Part shown: one piece after another, positions 35,730-43,370 of the stretch | Numbering within the stretch: the stretch's first letter is position 1 | Layout of the letters: the number at the start of each line of letters is the position of its first letter | Source of the DNA: an uncultured virus (IMG/VR IMGVR_UViG_3300034082_001676) | Lineage: Duplodnaviria > Heunggongvirae > Uroviricota > Caudoviricetes | IMG/VR virus record: IMGVR_UViG_3300034082_001676 | Span: 1 to 64,000 of that record | DNA: 64,000 nucleotides | Direction: 5' to 3' (one strand) | Notes under the pieces: model-generated | What the model was told of the DNA's origin: nothing | What the model saw: only the letters and a program-made list of their open reading frames with translations | Databases searched by the model: none | Made by a program: the position numbers and the translations under genes

Positions 35730-36541
35730 TTAACTCGTTCCATCATTTTGCGAAACCAAGAGGGTGTTCCAGTTTGCGCACTTTCAAACGAGATTACGTT
35801 TTCCGGCAAGGTAATACCTTGCTTGCCCAATGTTTCTCTTGCGCCTGCAACTAGTTCTTCGTAGTTAGGCAATTTTTTAATAAAATCTAAAATGTTGTCC
35901 ACTGATTTGATATCTTTAACTGTGGCTGTTTGTCCCAGCAACACCTTGGCAATTTGATTCCAGTCGTTGCCATTGGGTAGTAGTTCGTCTGTGGTAGCAT
36001 TTAGTATTCCGTGCTTTGGACTGTACTTGATGCCGCGAGCACGAGCAATTGAACTCAATAGGATATGTCGATGTTCACCGCGATACTCGCCCTGTCCACC
36101 AATCATTGAGCCTTGTTGAAATTTAGGATTAGCTGAAAACATAAAGTCTGCTTGTACAAATCCATTGTCCGGACTGCCTTTGATTGGCACCTTCCAGTGT
36201 ACATTGTCTCCGCTGAGTTTGATGTTTTCTTTGCCAAATTGTGCAATGAGTTTTTCAGCGAATGATTTTTTATCCACTTCGTTGGCATCAACTGACAGGT
36301 CTAGATCACCTGAACTGTTCTTTTCAAAGGTGCCATCTGGATCTTCTTTGCGGCCTGTGGTACCTAGCCATTTAACCGGCTTCTTGTCATCAAGATGCTT
36401 TTCTTTGGTAAAGTCAAGACCTGTGATTTTTTCAATGTAGAGAATGGTTTCCTCTACGTCTCCTGTGGCAATACGCTGTGTTAGTGGTTGTTTTTCCGGG
36501 CCTTTGAATACGTTGCCGCCTTCTGACAGTTTACTGATCAT
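35726..36541 (-). CDS. Pol-beta-fold nucleotidyltransferase-like protein
   Basis: LGTTG...SSGDLDL...VQADFM. Confidence 0.6.
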   Translation of the reverse strand: MISKLSEGGNVFKGPEKQPLTQRIATGDVEETILYIEKITGLDFTKEKHLDDKKPVKWLGTTGRKEDPDGTFEKNSSGDLDLSVDANEVDKKSFAEKLIAQFGKENIKLSGDNVHWKVPIKGSPDNGFVQADFMFSANPKFQQGSMIGGQGEYRGEHRHILLSSIARARGIKYSPKHGILNATTDELLPNGNDWNQIAKVLLGQTATVKDIKSVDNILDFIKKLPNYEELVAGARETLGKQGITLPENVISFESAQTGTPSWFRKMMERVK

Positions 36542-36815
36542 TGCTTTCATCCAATTTTTTCTTGAGTTTACGTGCTTCTGCTATTCTGCGAACACCACGT
36601 GTGAATTTTGCAGGATCTTGACCCTTGATTGCATTGATAAGTCTACGCTCAAGTTCGTCTGCTGAAGCAGAATCATAATTTTTATGAATACTTTCCAAGA
36701 GGTTAATAGCCGAATTGATGATGTTGGCAGCACGACTTTCTATCAACGAATCAGTGCTGCGCACATCGGCAATAGAATTTAGTTCCTGCAAAATCGATCT
36801 GGTTTGAAGCTTCAT
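36531..36815 (-). CDS. Hypothetical phage protein
   Basis: TRSILQEL...LERRLINAIKGQDPAKF; TAAATA upstream. Confidence 0.75.
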   Translation of the reverse strand: MKLQTRSILQELNSIADVRSTDSLIESRAANIINSAINLLESIHKNYDSASADELERRLINAIKGQDPAKFTRGVRRIAEARKLKKKLDESNDQ

Positions 36816-36948
36816 TGAAATATTCCTATTGTGTATTTAACTCATTTTAAACAATAATAACATTGTACTGAAAAATGTGCGATCGCACAAGAGCCGGATA
36901 AATAACTCAGTAGAAACACTGAGTCTACACTAACACACAGGAAACACA

Positions 36949-37125
36949 ATGAAATTTTTATCAGATCGAATGTTAGCTATTATGGAACGTCTATCCGAAA
37001 TGTTCCCTGGATCCAGCTATCAAAGCCGCTTAGATCAATATCTAAGCACCAAAGGCATTACCGATGCCGCACAACTCGAAAATTATATTCGACAATTCAA
37101 CTCCCAAAAGGAATCTTATCTATGA
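36949..37125 (+). CDS. Small protein, 58 aa (DUF3563-like)
   Basis: Hand-translated MKFLSDRMLAIMERLSEMFPGSSYQSRLDQYLSTKGITDAAQLENYIRQFNSQKESYL; TAAATA and AGGA upstream. Confidence 0.7.
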   Translation: MKFLSDRMLAIMERLSEMFPGSSYQSRLDQYLSTKGITDAAQLENYIRQFNSQKESYL

Positions 37126-37241
37126 AAACAATCTTAAACTCAATCTGGTCATTTTTAGAATCATTTGCACAGGCCCGTGCTGCCGCAAGTCTTGCTCGTC
37201 AAGGTCGCATTGAAGAAGCCAAAGCCGTATACACAAACTAA
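37122..37241 (+). CDS. Small protein, 39 aa
   Basis: Hand-translated MKTILNSIWSFLESFAQARAAASLARQGRIEEAKAVYTN; ATGA overlap, AAGGA SD. Confidence 0.65.
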   Translation: MKTILNSIWSFLESFAQARAAASLARQGRIEEAKAVYTN

Positions 37242-37337
37242 ATGAACTACTTAGACACCGTAATAATGCTGTTACGCTGGAAACAACAAGGGTGGGAAGT
37301 ACATCCTATAGTTGACGAATTTCACGGCTGGTTCTAA
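37242..37337 (+). CDS. Small protein, 31 aa
   Basis: Hand-translated MNYLDTVIMLLRWKQQGWEVHPIVDEFHGWF; abuts previous stop. Confidence 0.45.
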   Translation: MNYLDTVIMLLRWKQQGWEVHPIVDEFHGWF

Positions 37338-37353
37338 GCTAATAAATACTGGC

Positions 37354-37929
37354 ATGAAATTAGTGTATATACACGGTGCCAATGCCACCAGCGAGAGCTT
37401 CAATTACATCAAGAGTAAACTAGGCGACGGACTAGATATAAACTACGACAGTCGCAATGGGTTTGAAAACAACCTAAAAGATATGCAGTCTACGTTAGAC
37501 GGGAATACTGATCTAGTGTTTGTTGCACATAGTCTAGGCGGTATCTATAGCCTGCATTTGGCCAATAGTATGCCCGATGCTGTTAAAGGTGCTGTTACTC
37601 TAAGCACACCATATGGTGGCGCCGAAGTGGCAGACTATGCCCAATACTTCTTGCCGTTCAGCAGACTGATGCGTGACATTGGTCCTAGTAGTTGGGTTAT
37701 GAAACAGGCAAGAAACATCAAGATACAGCATCCTTGGACTAACATTGTAACAGTCAAAGGACAAAGTGCATTCATGCATGAGCCCAATGATGGTGTTGTG
37801 ACTATTGCTAGTCAGAAGCATCATGAGGATATGGAACTAGTAGAAGTAGATTATAACCACTATGAGGTTGTGCTCAGTGACGTAGTGGTTAAACTTATTA
37901 AAGAACGAGTAAACAAGTTCAAGAAATAA
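37354..37929 (+). CDS. Alpha/beta hydrolase (lipase/esterase-like)
   Basis: YIHG, AHSLGG nucleophile elbow, STPYGG, NDGVV, NHYEV. Confidence 0.88.
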   Translation: MKLVYIHGANATSESFNYIKSKLGDGLDINYDSRNGFENNLKDMQSTLDGNTDLVFVAHSLGGIYSLHLANSMPDAVKGAVTLSTPYGGAEVADYAQYFLPFSRLMRDIGPSSWVMKQARNIKIQHPWTNIVTVKGQSAFMHEPNDGVVTIASQKHHEDMELVEVDYNHYEVVLSDVVVKLIKERVNKFKK

Positions 37930-38016
37930 GTTGCTTTTAGATCATAGAGCATATATAATAGTACATAGAGAAAAAGAAGTATCTATGTAAACAGACATTA
38001 CACACAGGAGATTATT

Positions 38017-38292
38017 ATGTCAGAAATTTTTACAGCACCAAAGCTACCAGAAGTTAAATTCAACAAGAACGGATACGAAATTCGTACAGACATCTTGGGC
38101 ATGGCCAAGAGCCTAGTACAAGACGACTTCCAAGCCAAGTTCCAAGGTTGGGAAATGACTGCTACTCGCGATGAGAAGACTGGTCAGATCGTTACTAAGG
38201 TAGACATGCCAACTTTCCCAGGACTTGATAAAGTTCTAGAAACAGCAGAGAAAATGTACGCATTTGTCAATGCTGGCGCTACCAAGAAGTAA
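38017..38292 (+). CDS. Hypothetical phage protein
   Basis: KNGYEIRTDIL...AEKMYAFV; promoter TTGCTT-N17-TATAAT at 37931-37959; AGGAG SD. Confidence 0.8.
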   Translation: MSEIFTAPKLPEVKFNKNGYEIRTDILGMAKSLVQDDFQAKFQGWEMTATRDEKTGQIVTKVDMPTFPGLDKVLETAEKMYAFVNAGATKK

Positions 38293-38332
38293 ATTATTAG
38301 CCGCATAGCGGTATATTATAATATAGTAAATG

Positions 38333-38356
38333 AAAAAGGACCTTCGGGTCCTTTTT
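38333..38356. terminator. Bidirectional intrinsic terminator
   Basis: AAAAAGGACC-TTCG-GGTCCTTTTT between convergent genes. Confidence 0.9.
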
Positions 38357-39061
38357 CTATGTGCGTAACTTGGCCAGTCTTAAAAATTTAAATAGACTAA
38401 ACCACATCCAACCTATGTCAAACTCAAACCAACGACGACTCAGCTTAGGATTAGCAGGATCTAAGTGATGATTGTTGTGTAGTTCTTCACCGCCAATTAG
38501 TATGCCCCAAGGCACTATATTACGGCTGTGGTCTTTGGTTTCGCCATTGCGATAGCCCCACCAGTGTCCGATGCCGTTGATAAATCCAGCGGCCCAGAAC
38601 GGAATCCATAACATTTGTACACCCCACACCATAAACCCCCAAAGCCCAAATAACAATAAGTCTATGACTAGCATTAAGAGAATGCCTAGTTTGTGATGTG
38701 GGGTATACAACTTGCGTTCAATCCAGTCTTTGGGAGTGCCCATTCCGTATTTCATGATCATGTCAGCATCTTTGCCAGCACGATTATAAAACTTGACTCC
38801 ACCAAATACCAATGGCCAAATACCAAATACGTGTGGACTATGTGGATCACCTTCTACATCAGTATTTTGATGATGTTTACGGTGAATTGCTACCCATTGC
38901 TTAGTAGTCATGCCTGTGGTCATCCACAACCAAAAACGCATAAAATGGCTCAGGATTGGGTGAAATTCAATTCCTCTATGTGCTTGGTTTCTGTGTAGAT
39001 ATAGTGTGACACAGACTATTGTGATGTGCGTCATTACTAGGGTTGCGATTATTATAGTCAT
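38357..39061 (-). CDS. Fatty acid (acyl-CoA delta-9-like) desaturase
   Basis: His boxes HRNQAH, HRKHH, HNNHH; GDPHSP; WFEFDIGW. Confidence 0.93.
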   Translation of the reverse strand: MTIIIATLVMTHITIVCVTLYLHRNQAHRGIEFHPILSHFMRFWLWMTTGMTTKQWVAIHRKHHQNTDVEGDPHSPHVFGIWPLVFGGVKFYNRAGKDADMIMKYGMGTPKDWIERKLYTPHHKLGILLMLVIDLLLFGLWGFMVWGVQMLWIPFWAAGFINGIGHWWGYRNGETKDHSRNIVPWGILIGGEELHNNHHLDPANPKLSRRWFEFDIGWMWFSLFKFLRLAKLRT

Positions 39062-39076
39062 CTTTTACTTAGCCCG

Positions 39077-39105
39077 TTGACATAAGGGTTAAATTATGCT
39101 ATAAT
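39077..39105 (+). promoter_or_regulatory. Perfect-consensus sigma70 promoter, leaderless-type
   Basis: TTGACA-N17-TATAAT, 5 nt before ATG 39111. Confidence 0.85.
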
Positions 39106-39110
39106 ATAGT

Positions 39111-39710
39111 ATGAAAAATAAACTTATACTCACAGACGCAGATGGAGTTTTGCTAGATTGGGAATGGGCATTCTCAGTTTGGATGCAAGAACGCGGTTAC
39201 ACTCTAACAGCAGACAACAAGAAAAGCTATTATCTGCATGATCACTACAATGAGCTAGAGGAACGGGATTCAAAGAAAGTTGTTAAAACTTTCAACGAGT
39301 CAGCAGCCATTGGCTTTCTTCCTGCTCTACGTGATTCAGCTCACTATGTTAAAAGACTGCACGAAGAACACGGTTATGAATTCCGGGTGATCACAAGTCT
39401 AAGTCTAGACAAGAACGCAGGCAAACTGCGTGAAATGAATCTTCGTAAACTGTTTGGCAATGCCATTGAAAGTGTTATTTGCCTGGACACAGGTGCAGAC
39501 AAAGATTCAGCATTGGCTCCTTACAAGGCGAGTGGCATGTGGTGGATTGAAGACAAGCCTGCCAATGCCGATGTTGGCCACAGTCTAGGACTGCGCTCTA
39601 TCCTTATTGAACACGGGCACAATATGCATCATGAATGTTCATACCCTGTGGTCAAGAACTGGCGCGAACTCTACGAACTAGTTTTAACTCCAGTATCTGG
39701 TGCTGTCTAA
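39111..39710 (+). CDS. HAD-superfamily phosphatase (T4 gp30.2-like)
   Basis: LTDADGVLLDW, VITS, WIEDK. Confidence 0.85.
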   Translation: MKNKLILTDADGVLLDWEWAFSVWMQERGYTLTADNKKSYYLHDHYNELEERDSKKVVKTFNESAAIGFLPALRDSAHYVKRLHEEHGYEFRVITSLSLDKNAGKLREMNLRKLFGNAIESVICLDTGADKDSALAPYKASGMWWIEDKPANADVGHSLGLRSILIEHGHNMHHECSYPVVKNWRELYELVLTPVSGAV

Positions 39711-40400
39711 ACTGTCCCAATAGGCTTTGTTGTTGCGATTGACAAAGTTTTTGACTAGATACTTGGCCATGCCCATATAGCCCATCTTCTTGAATCTACG
39801 ACTGTCCTGACCAAAGTGATGTCGTATGATTCTAAACTTCTTAGGGCTGTACTTACGGCTCAAGAAGAAGTCTTCTGATGTTGCAAACTGCTCCGGAAAG
39901 CCGCCGTACTGTTCAAAGCGATCCCTGCGTGTTAGCATAAAAGCACCAACAGCAAAAGGACTAACATATTTTAATACATGATTGATTAGGTTAAATGCTG
40001 TAAACCCAATCTTTGCTCGTAGGTCTCGATCATAGCATTTGATATTCAATCCTATGAGGTCTAGGTTCTTACGCTCTATCATGTCAACAGCATCTTGTAT
40101 TACATTATCTTTAAAGAATCGCACATCAGCATCAATAAACAAGATATAGGGAGTAGTGACCAGTTGTGCTCCATTGTTCTTGGCCAGCGAAACAGGCCCA
40201 CCTTCAATGATTTCTACATTTAACTTGCCCTTTGCGGCTTGAATAACTTCACGAGTATTGTCTGTAGAACAATCAGCAATGATGATTCTAGTATCACCAA
40301 TGTTTTGGCTGCGTAGAGAGTCTAGCAAATGGTGTATGTAGTTCTCCTCATTCTTGCAGGGAACCACAATGGTAATTTTATCGCTTATTGTCGTTTGCAT
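39684..40400 (-). CDS. Glycosyltransferase family 2
   Basis: IVVPCKNEE, STDNT, LFIDAD, GGF...SEDF. Confidence 0.92.
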   Translation of the reverse strand: MQTTISDKITIVVPCKNEENYIHHLLDSLRSQNIGDTRIIIADCSTDNTREVIQAAKGKLNVEIIEGGPVSLAKNNGAQLVTTPYILFIDADVRFFKDNVIQDAVDMIERKNLDLIGLNIKCYDRDLRAKIGFTAFNLINHVLKYVSPFAVGAFMLTRRDRFEQYGGFPEQFATSEDFFLSRKYSPKKFRIIRHHFGQDSRRFKKMGYMGMAKYLVKNFVNRNNKAYWDSLDSTRYWS

Positions 40401-40555
40401 TGGCCTACCACCTTAAAATTTTTAAACTTCAGCTGCCACTTGAGGCTGCTTAGGACTTGCTCGCAGGTCTTTTGATCTTGGAACTGGAGTTCTACTCTGC
40501 CTGGTTGATCCTGGGGATCGTTTATATGTATCGCTGTCAGTATCAATAGCCACAT
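40385..40555 (-). CDS. Small 56 aa protein overlapping the 3' end of the metallophosphoesterase gene
   Basis: AAGGAG SD then MWLLILTAIHINDPQDQPGRVELQFQDQKTCEQVLSSLKWQLKFKNFKVVGQCKRQ. Confidence 0.55.
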   Translation of the reverse strand: MWLLILTAIHINDPQDQPGRVELQFQDQKTCEQVLSSLKWQLKFKNFKVVGQCKRQ

Positions 40556-41306
40556 CATCTCGCTCCTTGGTCCAAGTTATAATTTCCCAACGGCCGTTGT
40601 GGTGTTCTACAAGTGCAGTACACGATTCAACCCAGTCACCGTCATTCATATAAGTTACACCGTTGATCTCTTTGATCTCTGCATGGTGTATGTGTCCGCA
40701 TATGATTCCATCAAAGCCACGTTTCTTGCAATAGCCTGCTAGATTCTCTTCAAACTTGAATATAAAGTCTACTGCTTTTTTAACCTTGTGCTTAAGAAAT
40801 TTGCTAAGGCTAAAGTACCCAAAACCCATACGACGACGAATCCAATTAAATTTATTGTTGAGGCTAAGAATAAAGTCATAGGCCTTGTCTCCCAAGAACG
40901 CAATCCACGGTGCCAGTCTAGTAATGCCATCAAATAGGTCACCATGTGTAACTAGATAGTGTTTGCCGTCTGCACCTATATGTTCTATTTGATTGTGTAT
41001 TTCTACTAGTCCAAATGAAAAGCCATACGGTATCATGGGTCTTAGAAACTCATCGTGATTGCCTGCTATGAATACCACACGAGTTCCACGCTTGGCGTGA
41101 CCTAGTATTCTGCGTACCACATTAGTGTGGCTCTGCTTCCACCGCCATTTGTTCTGTTGTATCTTCCAGGCGTCGATTATATCTCCCACAAGGTATAGTG
41201 TGTCACAACTATTATGCTTGAGGAAATTATTTAGTTGTCCAGCCTTGCAGTCTTTGGTACCTAAGTGGACATCGCTTACAAAAATACTACGATAAGTCTT
41301 TTGCAT
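40422..41306 (-). CDS. UDP-2,3-diacylglucosamine hydrolase-like metallophosphoesterase (LpxH family)
   Basis: SDVHLG, GDIID, GNHD, HGD, GHIH, NDGDWVES. Confidence 0.88.
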   Translation of the reverse strand: MQKTYRSIFVSDVHLGTKDCKAGQLNNFLKHNSCDTLYLVGDIIDAWKIQQNKWRWKQSHTNVVRRILGHAKRGTRVVFIAGNHDEFLRPMIPYGFSFGLVEIHNQIEHIGADGKHYLVTHGDLFDGITRLAPWIAFLGDKAYDFILSLNNKFNWIRRRMGFGYFSLSKFLKHKVKKAVDFIFKFEENLAGYCKKRGFDGIICGHIHHAEIKEINGVTYMNDGDWVESCTALVEHHNGRWEIITWTKERDDVAIDTDSDTYKRSPGSTRQSRTPVPRSKDLRASPKQPQVAAEV

Positions 41307-41339
41307 CAAATATTTAACGAATATTCGATTACACTAAGA

Positions 41340-41984
41340 TTACAAAGTCATCAATTCGTCAACAAAGTCTAATAACAATGTGTGGTGGTGACCATTATGG
41401 TACAGACCCTGCATCCATGAATAGCCTTCATACCAATGAGGTTGACTTTCGGGATGACAGCCCATGATGCCTACATTGCCCTGTATAACAGCCATTGGAT
41501 CACCGTTGGGATACAGACTCCATATCTTGGCTGTGTCAATGCCTGCACCTACTAGAGCACAGCCATCATAGAAGAACATAGATTCTTCTTCACCCTGCCA
41601 CAACACTCGTTGATTCTTGGCGTGTGGTCTGCGTGTGTCAGCACCTGGACGGGTAATGTATTGTTCTGCACGAATGTCTTTGAGTAGATCAAGATAGTAA
41701 TGTTCGGCCCAATAGGCTCCCATACAGATGCCTAGGTACCGGCCACCACCACGAACAAATCTTTTGACTGCATCTCCATTCTCGCTGAATAGATAATCAA
41801 AACTACTGGCATCCCCTATGCCTCCGGGAATACAGATACAGTCTACATCGTCAAAGAAATCCCGCTCAACTTCGTGGCGGGTGAATATTTTAAAACTGTA
41901 ATGTGAGCCCAGGGCTTGCATAATCCCATTGCCGCTTTGCACACTGCACTTGGGTTGATGTAAGAATAACGCAATCTTTTTCAT
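41340..41984 (-). CDS. Class I glutamine-amidotransferase-like protein (BPL_N family)
   Basis: IPGG, GGRYLGICMGAY, HPE. Confidence 0.8.
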   Translation of the reverse strand: MKKIALFLHQPKCSVQSGNGIMQALGSHYSFKIFTRHEVERDFFDDVDCICIPGGIGDASSFDYLFSENGDAVKRFVRGGGRYLGICMGAYWAEHYYLDLLKDIRAEQYITRPGADTRRPHAKNQRVLWQGEEESMFFYDGCALVGAGIDTAKIWSLYPNGDPMAVIQGNVGIMGCHPESQPHWYEGYSWMQGLYHNGHHHTLLLDFVDELMTL

Positions 41985-42001
41985 CACAGCTCTTTATGTT
42001 A

Positions 42002-42100
42002 GTGCTCACTTAGAACGCCATTCCCGGGCACGACTCCGATAACGTTCTGCCCAGCAGCCGGGCACACCAAGTAACGCAAGCGTTCCTAAGGTAGGTGTTC
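42002..42100 (-). ncRNA. Unidentified compact structured RNA with probable pseudoknot
   Basis: ACACC/GGTGT, AACG-CTTG-CGTT, GCCCG-GCTGC-TGGGC, AGAACGTTAT/ATGGCGTTCT; TGCT can pair with 3' AGCA; G-U pairs favour the minus strand. Confidence 0.65.
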
Positions 42101-42110
42101 TATTCTAAAA

Positions 42111-42551
42111 TTAATTGCACCAGCTTTGTTTAGCGTCACCGTAGTATTCACGAGCGTGACCGTTGCTAATAAGTCCCTGTCTAATGCTCTGTCCGTTTAC
42201 CAAGATATCTCCCAATATACGGCCACCAAACTTATCCCATCCATAGATAATAACTTGGTGCTTTGGGTGGGATTGTAGGGCTTGAGTTGTAAATTTACTC
42301 GCCAGTTGCGCTCGCTGGTCTTCTTGTGGACATTGAGCTCTGTGTCCTTTTTCCGGGGTGTCGACTCCGTAGATTCTAACAGCAAGTTCAGGTTTGAGCG
42401 GTAGTGGTAGAAAGGGAGCGGCGATTACAATAGTATCGCCATCACTCACTCTAATAACTTGTGCGTCATAAGTCGCTGACTTGGCAGGCATCTTGCCCTG
42501 TGCAAATGCTAGTACCGGGACTAACAATAATACGGCTAAAAATCTTTTCAT
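42111..42551 (-). CDS. Secreted thermonuclease (SNase-like)
   Basis: Signal peptide; VSDGDT, RIYGVDTPE, DKFGGRILG, GHAREY. Confidence 0.92.
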   Translation of the reverse strand: MKRFLAVLLLVPVLAFAQGKMPAKSATYDAQVIRVSDGDTIVIAAPFLPLPLKPELAVRIYGVDTPEKGHRAQCPQEDQRAQLASKFTTQALQSHPKHQVIIYGWDKFGGRILGDILVNGQSIRQGLISNGHAREYYGDAKQSWCN

Positions 42552-42575
42552 ATAAACTCCAATAAGTGCTAGTAT

Positions 42576-43211
42576 TTATTCGTATGTAACAGTGTCTGAG
42601 TCACCTAGACGCCATTTAGGGTTCTGTTCAACCACCCACTTCTTAGTGGCCACTTTGAAGTCTGGGTGCAGCATTTCTTTGGGATTGCTGGCGGCATCAA
42701 AGAATCTGCAGCGATTGTTGGGCTGTGCGGCATACTGTCCGTTGTCTAGTTCGATAAAGTTAAAGCTCTTGTGATCTTCAGGCCATTCTGAATATGTGGT
42801 GTCTATGATGTTCATGTCAGGTGCGGCATTGTCCACTGTGAACAAGTATTTGCCCTTGTGTAGCTGACGATCCTTGGCATAGAACTCACAGCTGAGATTG
42901 CGTAGAAATGCTTTCTGGATCACAGCTATGTCATAGCTGAAACAATCCCAAATCTGTAAGGTGTCCAATGATAGGAACTTGTCCGACTCTAAGTCAGTGT
43001 TTCTACTCACATAGGCATGTAGGGGCAGCTTGTCATAGAGAGCACCGTATCTGGGCAAATAGCTTTCTATGCGGAATGCTTGACTGCGTAGGCTCTTGAT
43101 ACTAACCCAGATGCAGGGTTCATACTCTCCGTATCCTGATTTAAAATCGTAGAGAAATTCTCGTCTTACAAAACAATGTACAGGTGGCAGATTAGCCACT
43201 AAGAAACTCAT
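42576..43211 (-). CDS. Conserved hypothetical phage protein
   Basis: MSFLVANLPP...YGALYDKLPL...LQIWDCFSY...LDNGQYAAQPNNR; start moved to ATG overlapping upstream stop. Confidence 0.8.
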   Translation of the reverse strand: MSFLVANLPPVHCFVRREFLYDFKSGYGEYEPCIWVSIKSLRSQAFRIESYLPRYGALYDKLPLHAYVSRNTDLESDKFLSLDTLQIWDCFSYDIAVIQKAFLRNLSCEFYAKDRQLHKGKYLFTVDNAAPDMNIIDTTYSEWPEDHKSFNFIELDNGQYAAQPNNRCRFFDAASNPKEMLHPDFKVATKKWVVEQNPKWRLGDSDTVTYE

Positions 43212-43369
43212 TAGTTGTAGCCTCGTTGAATACCTTTGTCTACACAATCACTACATTCACAGTCCGGGCAATCGCAGCCGTCTGTCATACAGCTGAATCC
43301 GCAGTGTGCGGTACACCAGCAGGTGCATTTGGGTTTTAGTCGTTGATATGTTTCTGTTTCTTCAGTCAT
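43211..43369 (-). CDS. Cys-rich 52 aa peptide (metallothionein-like)
   Basis: Hand-translated MTEETETYQRLKPKCTCWCTAHCGFSCMTDGCDCPDCECSDCVDKGIQRGYN; 10 Cys; exactly fills the gap between neighbours. Confidence 0.7.
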   Translation of the reverse strand: MTEETETYQRLKPKCTCWCTAHCGFSCMTDGCDCPDCECSDCVDKGIQRGYN

Positions 43370-43370
43370 A

